Shown here: positions 1-8,569 of the stretch, piece by piece
How the letters are laid out: the number at the start of each line of letters is the position of its first letter
Position numbering within the stretch: position 1 is the first letter of the stretch
Source of the DNA: Elainellaceae cyanobacterium
GTDB taxonomy: Bacteria > Cyanobacteriota > Cyanobacteriia > CAZCXK01
Assembly (NCBI GenBank): GCA_051117555.1
Contig: JBNPEG010000159.1
Coordinates: 1 to 14,521 of the forward strand
Length of the DNA stretch: 14,521 nt
Direction: 5' to 3'
Notes under the pieces: generated by a model
The model's input: only the letters and a program-made list of their open reading frames with translations
What the model was told of the DNA's origin: nothing
Database searches by the model: none
Translations under genes and position numbers: made by a program

Positions 1-129
1 CACCGATGTAGCCCAGGAATTGGAAAGTTTGAAACTCTCAAAATTGCGAACATCACCGAATAGATGACGATAGGCTTCGCAATAGTCATCAACACAGCCA
101 ACGGTAAGACGGGCAAGCCGAGGAATCAC
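1..129 (-). mobile_element. IS701-family transposase, N-terminal fragment (runs off window edge; possibly degenerate)
   Basis: The minus strand from GTG at 129 translates VIPRLARLTVGCVDDYCEAYRHLFGDVRNFESFKLSNSWATSV. This resembles the PRxAxxTVxxxDxYCxxYxxLFxxVRxFExFK N-terminus I recall for cyanobacterial IS701-family transposases. The resemblance appears to stop after ESFK. Not in the ORF track. Confidence 0.7.
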
Positions 130-239
130 AATCGCTTTAGTCCTATGTTGATATCCCCACACTTGTTTTAATCTGTCCGTAGTAAAAAGATTGATATGTG
201 TCAACCGACAAGCGTTTTATCCAGATTCTTGTAACCACG

Positions 240-773
240 TCAAGAGGATTGCATCGCGTCGAGATACGATTGAACTCCCAGTTGTTCTAGACGATCCTGT
301 TTTTCCATGACTATCTTGGTCAAACGTTGACGATACTGCTGAACCTTCTCCAATAGCTCAGGTTGATTGCTTGCCAATATCTGCACGGCAAGCAACCCTG
401 CATTCTTCGAATTCCCAATTGCTACCGTCGCGACTGGAATTCCTCCTGGCATCTGGACGATTGAATATAATGAGTCAACTCCATTTAGCTGTCGAGTTGA
501 AACGGGAACTCCAATCACGGGTAAGGGCGTTAGTGAAGCCACCATTCCCGGTAGATGGGCAGCGCCCCCGGCGCCTGCAATGATCACTTTTAACCCTCTT
601 AGGTGGGCTGATTTAGCATAGTCAATCATTCGTTCAGGAGTTCGATGAGCCGACACAATTGCCACATCATACGCAACGCCAAACTCATCACAAATGGCGA
701 TCGCCCCATGCATAGTAGGCAAGTCTGAGTCACTGCCCATAATAATGCCGATTTGAGTGGAATTGTCAGTCAT
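240..773 (-). CDS. purE: N5-carboxyaminoimidazole ribonucleotide mutase
   Basis: Motifs [51 protein letters not shown]; 177 aa. Confidence 0.98.
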   Translation of the reverse strand: MTDNSTQIGIIMGSDSDLPTMHGAIAICDEFGVAYDVAIVSAHRTPERMIDYAKSAHLRGLKVIIAGAGGAAHLPGMVASLTPLPVIGVPVSTRQLNGVDSLYSIVQMPGGIPVATVAIGNSKNAGLLAVQILASNQPELLEKVQQYRQRLTKIVMEKQDRLEQLGVQSYLDAMQSS

Positions 774-850
774 AAAAAAATGGATGCGCTAAAACCTAAT
801 CATTAGAAAATTAGAGGATGCAATACTGCCACCCGTCCAACATTTATAGT

Positions 851-887
851 GTATTTGAGAAGAATTAGTATTTGAGCAGAATTAGTA
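851..887. repeat. 17-bp tandem direct repeat in the purE/chlM divergent region
   Basis: GTATTTGAGAAGAATTA (851-867), GTATTTGAGCAGAATTA (868-884), then GTA; one mismatch. Confidence 0.8.
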
Positions 888-1090
888 GGATTGCATCTCT
901 ATAAAATCATCAGCCAAAATCGCTACCAGCATCGTATCAATGCGGTAGCGGTTTGCTACCCAGCAAACAGCAGATTTAGTGAAATCTGTATTTTCGTTAA
1001 GAAACACTGTGCTTCTTTGGATGCTGAGTAAAGAAACGTAATAGGATTTAACCGATACGAGTTTCAGAAAACGGGGAATTGGGCGATCGC

Positions 1091-1777
1091 ATGAACGTAC
1101 TTGACGATAAGACAATTGTTAAAGAATATTTCAATGCCACCGGGTTTGATCGTTGGCGACGAATTTATGGAAATGGTGACGTTAACAACGTTCAGCTTGA
1201 TATCCGTAACGGTCATCAGCAGACAGTGAATACAGTCTTGGATTGGCTTCGGGCAGACGGAAATCTAGAAGGATTGACGATTTGTGATGCAGGTTGTGGA
1301 GTCGGTAGCCTCAGTATTCCGTTAGCTCAAGCGGGAGCCAATATCGCTGCTAGCGATATTTCTGAGAAAATGGTTGGTGAAGCAAAAGACCGTGCTAATC
1401 AGTCTCTCGACCATACGGATAATCTAGTCTTTTCAGTTCAAGACTTAGACGATTTAAGTGGAACCTATCACACCGTTATTTGTCTAGACGTGCTGATTCA
1501 TTATCCTCAAGATAAAGCGGCTCATATGATTCAGCATCTAGGTTCTCTCGCTAAGTCTCGTTTAATTCTCAGCTTTGCACCCAAAACTCTGGCATATAGC
1601 TTGCTCAAAAAAGTTGGAGATTTCTTCCCTGGACCGAGTAAAGCAACTCGCGCCTACCTTCATCGCGAAGCTGATGTCACCCGCATTTTGGAATCTCAGG
1701 GATGGAAGATTAAGCGGAATGCTATGACCAAGACACGCTTCTATTTCTCTCGTGTCTTGGAGGCGGTGAAAGAGTGA
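1091..1777 (+). CDS. chlM: Magnesium-protoporphyrin IX methyltransferase
   Basis: VKEYFNATGFDRWRRIYG, SAM motif ICDAGCGVGSL, CLDVLIHYP, FFPGPSKATRAYLH. The start is placed at ATG 1091 (MNVLDDK) rather than the non-ATG start at 1079. Confidence 0.97.
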   Translation: MNVLDDKTIVKEYFNATGFDRWRRIYGNGDVNNVQLDIRNGHQQTVNTVLDWLRADGNLEGLTICDAGCGVGSLSIPLAQAGANIAASDISEKMVGEAKDRANQSLDHTDNLVFSVQDLDDLSGTYHTVICLDVLIHYPQDKAAHMIQHLGSLAKSRLILSFAPKTLAYSLLKKVGDFFPGPSKATRAYLHREADVTRILESQGWKIKRNAMTKTRFYFSRVLEAVKE

Positions 1778-1824
1778 GTTAAAAGTTTGGTTTCAATGGG
1801 TTTCTCCCTGGTTCAATTCACCTA

Positions 1825-1850
1825 CGAGATTAGGCGAGATTAGGCTAGAT
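1825..1850. repeat. 10-bp tandem repeat between chlM and ho1
   Basis: CGAGATTAGG at 1825-1834 and 1835-1844, followed by partial CTAGAT. Confidence 0.7.
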
Positions 1851-2111
1851 ATGCTAAGAATAGCGTGTCTAAGCCAACTCTCCGGTATTGATGAACGCTT
1901 TTTTAGCGAATTACTCGCTAAACAGGCTACGTCCTAAATCCTACGAAGCTTCTTGTACTTCCGTAAAAATTTTTAATAAAAACTCTAATCAATTCAGTCT
2001 ACTGTAACAACGTAAGGAGGCGTATCAGCCTTTGTTTCTGATGTCCATTTCAAGTGGCAACACTCAGATTCTCGAATCATTTAGTGGTGAGAATTTAGCA
2101 GGATATTTAGC

Positions 2112-2828
2112 ATGAGCTGTAATTTAGCAACCAAATTGCGAGAAGGCACCAAGAAATCTCATACAATGGCTGAGAATGTTGGGTTTGTGCGATGTTTTCT
2201 CAAAGGAGTTGTAGAAAAAACATCGTATCGCAAGCTCGTTTCAAATCTTTACTTTGTCTACTCCGCAATGGAAGAAGAGATGGAACGTCATCGGCAACAT
2301 CCAATCGTCTCCAAAATCTACTTCCCCGAACTCAATCGTAAAGATAGCCTCGAACGCGATCTTCAATTCTATTTTGGAAATAACTGGCGCGAAGAGATTG
2401 CGCTTTCCTCTGCCGGAGATGCCTACGTACAGCGAATTCGAGACATTTCTGAAAATGAGCCCGAACTTTTGATTGCCCATTCATACACACGCTACTTGGG
2501 CGATCTATCAGGTGGGCAGATCCTCAAAGGCATTGCTCAACGCGGCATGAATCTTGCTGACGGAGAAGGAACAGCTTTCTACGAATTTGCTGATATTCAA
2601 GATGAAAAGCAGTTTAAGCAGCAATATCGCCAAGCCCTGGATGACCTCCCCCTAGATGATGCAACCGTAGATCGAATCGTAGATGAGGCGAATGCGGCGT
2701 TTGGCATGAATATGAAAATGTTCCAAGAGCTTGAAGGAAACCTCGTTAAGGCAATCGGGCAGATGTTGTTTAACAGCATCACTCGCCGTCGGATGCGCGG
2801 AAGCACTGAATTGGCTCCTGCCGAGTAA
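2112..2828 (+). CDS. ho1: Heme oxygenase (biliverdin-producing)
   Basis: LREGTKKSHTMAENVGF (proximal His) and AHSYTRYLGDLSGGQILK signature; AGGA Shine-Dalgarno-like sequence upstream; 238 aa. Confidence 0.96.
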   Translation: MSCNLATKLREGTKKSHTMAENVGFVRCFLKGVVEKTSYRKLVSNLYFVYSAMEEEMERHRQHPIVSKIYFPELNRKDSLERDLQFYFGNNWREEIALSSAGDAYVQRIRDISENEPELLIAHSYTRYLGDLSGGQILKGIAQRGMNLADGEGTAFYEFADIQDEKQFKQQYRQALDDLPLDDATVDRIVDEANAAFGMNMKMFQELEGNLVKAIGQMLFNSITRRRMRGSTELAPAE

Positions 2829-2857
2829 TTCATACGCTAGACGCTGATAGAGCATCA

Positions 2858-2922
2858 GACCAGAGACCTCGGAATCGATGTGGAGCATTCTTGCTCCTAT
2901 GTCAGTTTCAAGGTTTCTGGTC
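2858..2922 (+). terminator. Long imperfect stem-loop downstream of ho1 (terminator or 3' stabiliser candidate)
   Basis: GACCAGAGACCT (2858-2869) pairs with AGGTTTCTGGTC (2911-2922); apical GGAGCA-TTCT-TGCTCC; followed by T-rich ATCTATTTGTTT. Confidence 0.55.
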
Positions 2923-3011
2923 ATCTATTTGTTTAAAGCACTGTTATGACGTCTAACCCCATGTTTAATTACAACGGCTCAGCTAGCGAATCCGTTTAGA
3001 GCTTGCAGGAA

Positions 3012-3020
3012 TGGTAGGAT
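3012..3020 (+). promoter_or_regulatory. Candidate extended -10 promoter element for accC
   Basis: TG-G-TAGGAT matches the TGnTAnnnT pattern about 125 nt upstream of the accC ATG. Confidence 0.4.
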
Positions 3021-3144
3021 TGACTTCTGGCTTACTACATTCGAGTCTCTGGTCACACGTAAACGCACTTCTTTACGCAACGTCAGAGCCTCAGGATGCT
3101 TCGGAAGCGTGGGTTCACTGATCTCTTGCCGTGACAGCTAGAAG

Positions 3145-4506
3145 ATGCATTTTTCTAAGATTTTGATTGCAAACCGAGGAGAAATTGCTCTCCGCATTCT
3201 TCGTACATGCGAAGAAATGGGGATTGCGACGGTTGCTGTGCATTCGACCATTGATCGGCATGCTCTTCACGTCCAGCTTGCGGACGAAGCCGTTTGCATT
3301 GGTGAGCCCCCGAGTAGTAAAAGTTATCTGAATATTCCTAATATCATTGCGGCAGCCTTGACGCGAAATGCAACGGCAATTCATCCTGGATACGGGTTTT
3401 TGGCTGAAAATGCTCGATTTGCAGAGATTTGTGCCGATCATGAGATTACATTTATCGGTCCTACACCTGCAGCAATGCAGTCAATGGGCGATAAGTCAAC
3501 GGCGCGGGAAACGATGAACCGTATTGGCGTTCCTACCGTTCCTGGCAGCGATGGGTTGTTGACTGATGAACCGACTGCAATGGCGATCGCCCGTCAGATT
3601 GGTTATCCGGTCATGATTAAGGCGACGGCAGGTGGCGGCGGGAGGGGAATGCGGCTCGTACGCAGTGAGGATGAGTTGAGTAAATCATTTTTGGCTGCCC
3701 AGGGTGAAGCAGAAGCCGCATTTGGCAACCCTGGTGTCTACCTCGAAAAATTTATCGAACGCCCTCGACACATTGAGTTTCAGATCCTAGCAGACACCTA
3801 CGGTAACGTCATTCACTTAGGTGAACGAGATTGCTCAATCCAACGTCGTCACCAGAAACTTTTAGAGGAAGCGCCGAGCACTGCCCTAACTCCCGAATTG
3901 CGAGACAAAATGGGGAATGCCGCAGTTCGAGTTGCCCAAGTTATTGGGTATGTTGGAGCGGGAACGGTTGAATTTCTTCTTGATCAATCAGGTCAGTTTT
4001 ATTTCATGGAAATGAACACTCGGATTCAGGTCGAACATCCAGTGACTGAAATGGTGACAGGGCTTGACTTAATCGCCGAGCAGATTCGGATTGCTCAAGG
4101 CGAACCCCTCAATCGGAGCCAAGAGCAAATTAAGCTCTGCGGGCATACAATTGAGTGTCGGATTAATGCCGAAGATCCCGATCAAAATTTCCGTCCTCAT
4201 CCGGGACGTATCAGTGGCTATCTGCCTCCGGGTGGTCCTGGCGTACGGATGGATTCTCATGTTTACACCGATTATGAAATTCCTCCGTACTATGATTCGT
4301 TGATCGGAAAGTTGATTGTCTGGGGGCCTGATCGAGTGTCTGCTATCAACCGAATGAAGCGAGCGCTCAGAGAGTTTGCTATCACGGGCTTACCCACAAC
4401 AATTAGCTTTCATCAAAGAATCTTAGAAACTCCAGAATTTGAGCGAGGAGATATTTTCACAAATTTTGTAGAGCATGTGATGCAATCGCCTAAGTCTAAA
4501 TCGTGA
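3145..4506 (+). CDS. accC: Acetyl-CoA carboxylase, biotin carboxylase subunit
   Basis: [74 protein letters not shown]; 453 aa. Confidence 0.98.
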   Translation: MHFSKILIANRGEIALRILRTCEEMGIATVAVHSTIDRHALHVQLADEAVCIGEPPSSKSYLNIPNIIAAALTRNATAIHPGYGFLAENARFAEICADHEITFIGPTPAAMQSMGDKSTARETMNRIGVPTVPGSDGLLTDEPTAMAIARQIGYPVMIKATAGGGGRGMRLVRSEDELSKSFLAAQGEAEAAFGNPGVYLEKFIERPRHIEFQILADTYGNVIHLGERDCSIQRRHQKLLEEAPSTALTPELRDKMGNAAVRVAQVIGYVGAGTVEFLLDQSGQFYFMEMNTRIQVEHPVTEMVTGLDLIAEQIRIAQGEPLNRSQEQIKLCGHTIECRINAEDPDQNFRPHPGRISGYLPPGGPGVRMDSHVYTDYEIPPYYDSLIGKLIVWGPDRVSAINRMKRALREFAITGLPTTISFHQRILETPEFERGDIFTNFVEHVMQSPKSKS

Positions 4507-4529
4507 GGCTGCCTCACAATTTAGGCTGC

Positions 4530-4811
4530 CTACATCATTCTCAGCAATCCTTGTTGCCCTACTAGCAGCTCTCGAAGCAGGCTAAAAATTCCAACCCAGA
4601 TGATTGGCGTAATATCTACGCCCCCAATGGGAGGAACAATTTTGCGGAGAGGAATCAAAAAAGGCTCAGTGGGCCAAGCTATCAAATTAAAAGGGAGTTT
4701 GTTTGAATCAATTTGTGGGTACCAAGTCAGCACAATCCGCAATACAAACAGCAGAATCATCAACCCAAGCAATGGACCCAAAACCCAAGAGGTGATTTCA
4801 GTAGCAGTCAT
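4530..4811 (-). CDS. YggT/YlmG-family membrane protein
   Basis: Two hydrophobic segments with RIVLTWYP and PTEPFLxPLRKIVPPIGGVDITPIIW motifs; lies between accC and psbX. Confidence 0.93.
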   Translation of the reverse strand: MTATEITSWVLGPLLGLMILLFVLRIVLTWYPQIDSNKLPFNLIAWPTEPFLIPLRKIVPPIGGVDITPIIWVGIFSLLRELLVGQQGLLRMM

Positions 4812-4857
4812 CGATTAAATGTTTATGGACATCCAACAAATTCTTAAGCTTTGTTAC

Positions 4858-4880
4858 TTAATTTAATTTAATTTAATTTA
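4858..4880. repeat. (TTAAT)4 short tandem repeat in the yggT/psbX divergent promoter region
   Basis: TTAAT TTAAT TTAAT TTAAT TTA read directly. Confidence 0.75.
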
Positions 4881-5031
4881 TATTCTATCGCGCTCTGCGC
4901 TATCAAAATTAGAGTGTATGCAAAGTAGGCTTCCTATTCCGAAGTGTTGAAATAGACTTCTCAAGACGCAGATAGAGCGATAAGATTACTAATAATCTAA
5001 AAATTTTGCCAAGATAAGAGGTTGTAAATTC

Positions 5032-5151
5032 ATGACACCGTCTCTAGCTAATTTCTTTTACAGCTTGCTAGCGGGTGCCGTCATTGTCGTCATCCCCGTC
5101 ATCGTTGGTTTGGTCTTTATTAGTCAGAAAGACAAGGTTAAGCGCTCATAG
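5032..5151 (+). CDS. psbX: Photosystem II reaction centre protein X
   Basis: Hand translation MTPSLANFFYSLLAGAVIVVIPVIVGLVFISQKDKVKRS* (39 aa), with the PsbX MTPSLxNF and ISQxDKxxR signatures; AGAGG RBS upstream. Missing from the ORF track because of its size. Confidence 0.97.
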   Translation: MTPSLANFFYSLLAGAVIVVIPVIVGLVFISQKDKVKRS

Positions 5152-5669
5152 GCTTAGGTTAATAGCGTCCTAGTTAGAGGTTTGGATTCGGAATCCATAA
5201 GATCTAGCACCTGCACTTTTCTGGAAAGGAATCGCAGTTCTAGAAAAGCATGACAGCCATCGATTGAGATCATAAGCGGAATCTGTAGATTCAAATTACT
5301 CGGCTATCCCTGCGCCCTAATCACGGCATGCTTACTGCAATGCTATTGAAATAGCGTAGATATGTTGCAGGAATTTAGATGTTGCTGATGGGTTTGCAGG
5401 GATTTGTGTTTCTAGACTACAAAGTAGTGGTCTGTGAGATGCTGCATGCTACTGATTGGGGTTGTTATGAGGTTTGAGAAAACTCACTCAGCAATCTGTC
5501 AGCAATCTAAGCGAATCGGATAGGGTGTTTATGTAGATCCATTTACATAAGCTAGTCAGCTCTGTTAACGTGGCTGGGGAATTCTTAAACCGATAGACGT
5601 GCTACGAAGAGAGAGATTTTATTCGAGAATCGTTAGCATATAGATACGTAGCATACGAGAGGAGAGGCG

Positions 5670-6545
5670 ATGATTACGTTCGGGAGCGATCCTATCTTTG
5701 TTCTGGCGCAAGTCAACATTGGGGGTAATCCTGCGGTTATTTTGGGGATTGCTCTAATACTGTGTGGTGTCGCCCTCTATGGAATGCGGTCGGTACGTCC
5801 GGAGTTGTCTCGCGACCATGATATTTTCTTTGCTGCGATCGCCCTTATCAGTGGCTTGATTTTGATGTTTCAGGGTTGGCGACTTGACCCGCTACTGTTG
5901 CTAGGTCAACTTTCATTAGCGGGGTCGGCTGTTTTCTTTGCAGTTGAAAATATTCGCTTACGGAGCGTGACAACCGAGCAAGCAAAGCGAAATACGCCGA
6001 TTGTTGATGACGATCGCCCAGTTAGCCGTTCCTACTCCTATGAATACCAAGCCGAATTAGACGAGCTGCCCTCTACCGAAGAGCGTGCCTCGGCTCGACG
6101 TATTCGCGGCAGCCGAGATCCACGTTCGTCAGATGGGGATGATTATGGTGAAGAGGTTCGTCGTCGTCCACCAAGTCGTCGTCGCAAAGACGATGATGAC
6201 TATGGCATGAACGCGAGCGATCGCCTCCGGAAACGCCGCCTCTCCCGATCCCGCAGTCGCCCGATTGAGCCCCCCGATCGCCGCTCAGCGTGGGATGAAG
6301 ATACTGATGACAGGGATGCTGCGGAGAATTATCCAAGTCGCTCCACGTCATCACGCCCGTCGTCTCCTCGCTCGAATAATACGTCATCACGCCCTCCTCG
6401 TCGTCGCCCTCCTCGCCCTACATCCGCACGCAGGAGCCGAGCGACATCCTCTAACGCACCAGATGACTATGTCGATTACCAACCCGTTGACTATTCAGAT
6501 GATGAATCGGATGACTCTTTAGATTATGGTGAGCGTTATCGCTAG
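5670..6545 (+). CDS. ycf66: Ycf66 family membrane protein with long Arg/Asp/Ser/Pro-rich disordered tail
   Basis: RPELSRDHDIFFAA, FQGWRLDPLL, ENIRLR motifs; GGAG RBS upstream; follows psbX. Confidence 0.93.
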   Translation: MITFGSDPIFVLAQVNIGGNPAVILGIALILCGVALYGMRSVRPELSRDHDIFFAAIALISGLILMFQGWRLDPLLLLGQLSLAGSAVFFAVENIRLRSVTTEQAKRNTPIVDDDRPVSRSYSYEYQAELDELPSTEERASARRIRGSRDPRSSDGDDYGEEVRRRPPSRRRKDDDDYGMNASDRLRKRRLSRSRSRPIEPPDRRSAWDEDTDDRDAAENYPSRSTSSRPSSPRSNNTSSRPPRRRPPRPTSARRSRATSSNAPDDYVDYQPVDYSDDESDDSLDYGERYR

Positions 6546-6554
6546 CTCAATGCT

Positions 6555-6595
6555 TTGAATCTAGCCAATGATTTCAAATCATTGGCTAGATTCAA
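6555..6595. repeat. Perfect 20-bp inverted repeat (REP-like palindrome or terminator) after ycf66
   Basis: TTGAATCTAGCCAATGATTT-C-AAATCATTGGCTAGATTCAA, starting 10 nt after the ycf66 stop. Confidence 0.85.
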
Positions 6596-6849
6596 CAATA
6601 GTTAAAGATTCCTGACAATTAAAGATCTCTTAATGCTATTTGGGGGCGATCGCCCTTGTTCAAATGAGTGCTACTTGTTTAGCTAAGGGAGAGCAGCATG
6701 CAGATATTCTGTATGCAGGTAGGTGTCATACCTTTCCGGGTAATGAGAATATGCTCAAGAAGAACATAGAGGGTGATCAGAAATGGTAGACGATGGGTCT
6801 ACTAGCAATCACTTCAGGCCATAGCAGTTAATTATCGATTGTCTGAACA

Positions 6850-8286
6850 ATGAACAGAAATCTATTCCGTTTCGCAGCCTCAGGGCTGATGGTCGCGGGT
6901 ACAGCTACAACATTGGTACTAGTCGATAGCATCTCTCCTGTAAGCGTGTTGAATCTGCTGAGCGGCCACTCCACTCGCGTCCTTGCAGATTCAGTTGATG
7001 AAGAAACCAATATTCGGGTGTATCGTGAGGCGAGCCCGGCAGTTGTTTCGATTGACACGGGTGAAGGAACGGGGAGCGGCACAATCATTAGCTCGGATGG
7101 TTTGGTGTTGACCAACGCGCATGTCGTAGCAGGGAGTAGAAATGCTCGGGTAGTTTTAGAAGATGGGCGAGAGTTTGAGGGTGAGGTCATTGCCTTTGGT
7201 GATCCAGGGCTTGATTTGGCTGCCATCCAAATTCAAGATCAAACCAATCTTCCTACCATTCCGCTAGCAGCTTCCGATGCTATTAATGTGGGGCAACAGG
7301 CATTTGCAATCGGTAATCCCTTCGGTCAATTTCAGGGAACGTTCACAACCGGAATTGTGAGCCGAATCGATCCGCAACGGGGTTTGATTCAAACAGATGC
7401 TGCGATCAATCCAGGGAATTCTGGAGGTCCTTTGTTGAACAGTCGCGGCGAGTTAATTGGCGTAAATACCTCAATTTATACAACAGGTCGAAATTCAGGG
7501 AACATTGGCATTGGCTTTGCGATTCCGATCAATCAGGTTCAGCCGTTTTTGGCGGCTGTCAGGGACGGGAGGGCGCCTCGAGAATGGTCGCGGTTTGCCG
7601 GAATTCAGACTATTGACATCAATGGATCTGCGATAAGAGGCAAACTCGATGAAGAAAGCAATGTTTTAGAGTTTGATCGAAGCTTCTTCAATGCTTATAA
7701 CTTTCAAGCGAACGCGGGCCAGCGATTTGTAATTGATATGCTGAGCAGCGAAATTGATGCCTATTTAATTTTGTTAGACCCGAATGGGCAGGATCTGGCT
7801 CAAAATGATGATGGAGGCAATGGCACCAATGCTCGCCTGATGGCAACCGCTCCTGTGTCTGGTACATACACAGTGTTGGCGAATTCATATTCAGCGGGCG
7901 AGTCGGGACAGTATGAATTACGTGTATCGACAGCAGCACCGGGTGAAGCACAGTCTACACCTACGAATGGATTTATTCTGCAGGAAGAGGGTGAACTCGG
8001 ACCTGATTCTGCGGTCTTACCATCAGACGGTAGCCTCTATCAAGAGCATCTCTTCGAAGGAGACGAGGGGCAAGCAATTACCATCACAATGGAAAGCGAA
8101 GAATTCGATACATATTTGATTTTGATTGGCCCGGATGAGGAGGTCATCGATCAAAATGACGATATTGGGCCTAATAATCTAAATTCATCTTTGACCGTTA
8201 CTCTACCTGAGACTGGCACGTATCGAGCGATCGCCAATTCCTACGACTCAACAGGGCGAGGGCGCTATACCCTCACCATTCGCTGA
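6850..8286 (+). CDS. Trypsin-like (S1C/HtrA-related) serine protease with two C-terminal PPC-type repeats, probably exported
   Basis: Catalytic triad motifs LTNAHVV, DLA, IQTDAAINPGNSGGPLLN. The C-terminus has two similar repeats (DAYLILLDP..QNDDGG..GTYTVLANSY; DTYLILIGP..QNDDIG..GTYRAIANSY). Hydrophobic N-terminal segment. Confidence 0.88.
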   Translation: MNRNLFRFAASGLMVAGTATTLVLVDSISPVSVLNLLSGHSTRVLADSVDEETNIRVYREASPAVVSIDTGEGTGSGTIISSDGLVLTNAHVVAGSRNARVVLEDGREFEGEVIAFGDPGLDLAAIQIQDQTNLPTIPLAASDAINVGQQAFAIGNPFGQFQGTFTTGIVSRIDPQRGLIQTDAAINPGNSGGPLLNSRGELIGVNTSIYTTGRNSGNIGIGFAIPINQVQPFLAAVRDGRAPREWSRFAGIQTIDINGSAIRGKLDEESNVLEFDRSFFNAYNFQANAGQRFVIDMLSSEIDAYLILLDPNGQDLAQNDDGGNGTNARLMATAPVSGTYTVLANSYSAGESGQYELRVSTAAPGEAQSTPTNGFILQEEGELGPDSAVLPSDGSLYQEHLFEGDEGQAITITMESEEFDTYLILIGPDEEVIDQNDDIGPNNLNSSLTVTLPETGTYRAIANSYDSTGRGRYTLTIR

Positions 8287-8296
8287 GCGTTATAAT

Positions 8297-8521
8297 TTAG
8301 CGGATTCCTAGCCACGTAAAAAAATCCTGGTGCGTAGCAAGCTCTAGGATGATGAGTGCTGCAAACCCGATCATAGCAAAGCGACCATTGATTGTTTCGG
8401 CATATGGAGTCCAGCCGAAGGCAGGTTCATGATTGGTGGTGGCGGTTGACTCTAGTTGATCTGATTGATCAGGAGAATCTGATGGATTGGGAGACGTGCT
8501 CGTTTCGTCAGGTGAACTCAT
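8297..8521 (-). CDS. High-light-inducible protein (CAB/ELIP/HLIP family)
   Basis: FGWTPYAETINGRFAMIGF contains the ExxNGRxAM chlorophyll-binding motif followed by one TM helix. Confidence 0.93.
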   Translation of the reverse strand: MSSPDETSTSPNPSDSPDQSDQLESTATTNHEPAFGWTPYAETINGRFAMIGFAALIILELATHQDFFTWLGIR

Positions 8522-8569
8522 TGGGCATCCTCATGAATGTCTCTGGGAATTGCTTCGAGAATACCATCG

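Noticed and set aside
882..1115. 77-aa minus-strand ORF in the purE/chlM spacer
   Set aside because: Overlaps the chlM start, has no family motif and runs through promoter-region repeats.
5388..5477. 29-codon ORF MGLQGFVFLDYKVVVCEMLHATDWGCYEV
   Set aside because: No clear RBS or recognisable similarity; ORFs of this length are expected by chance.
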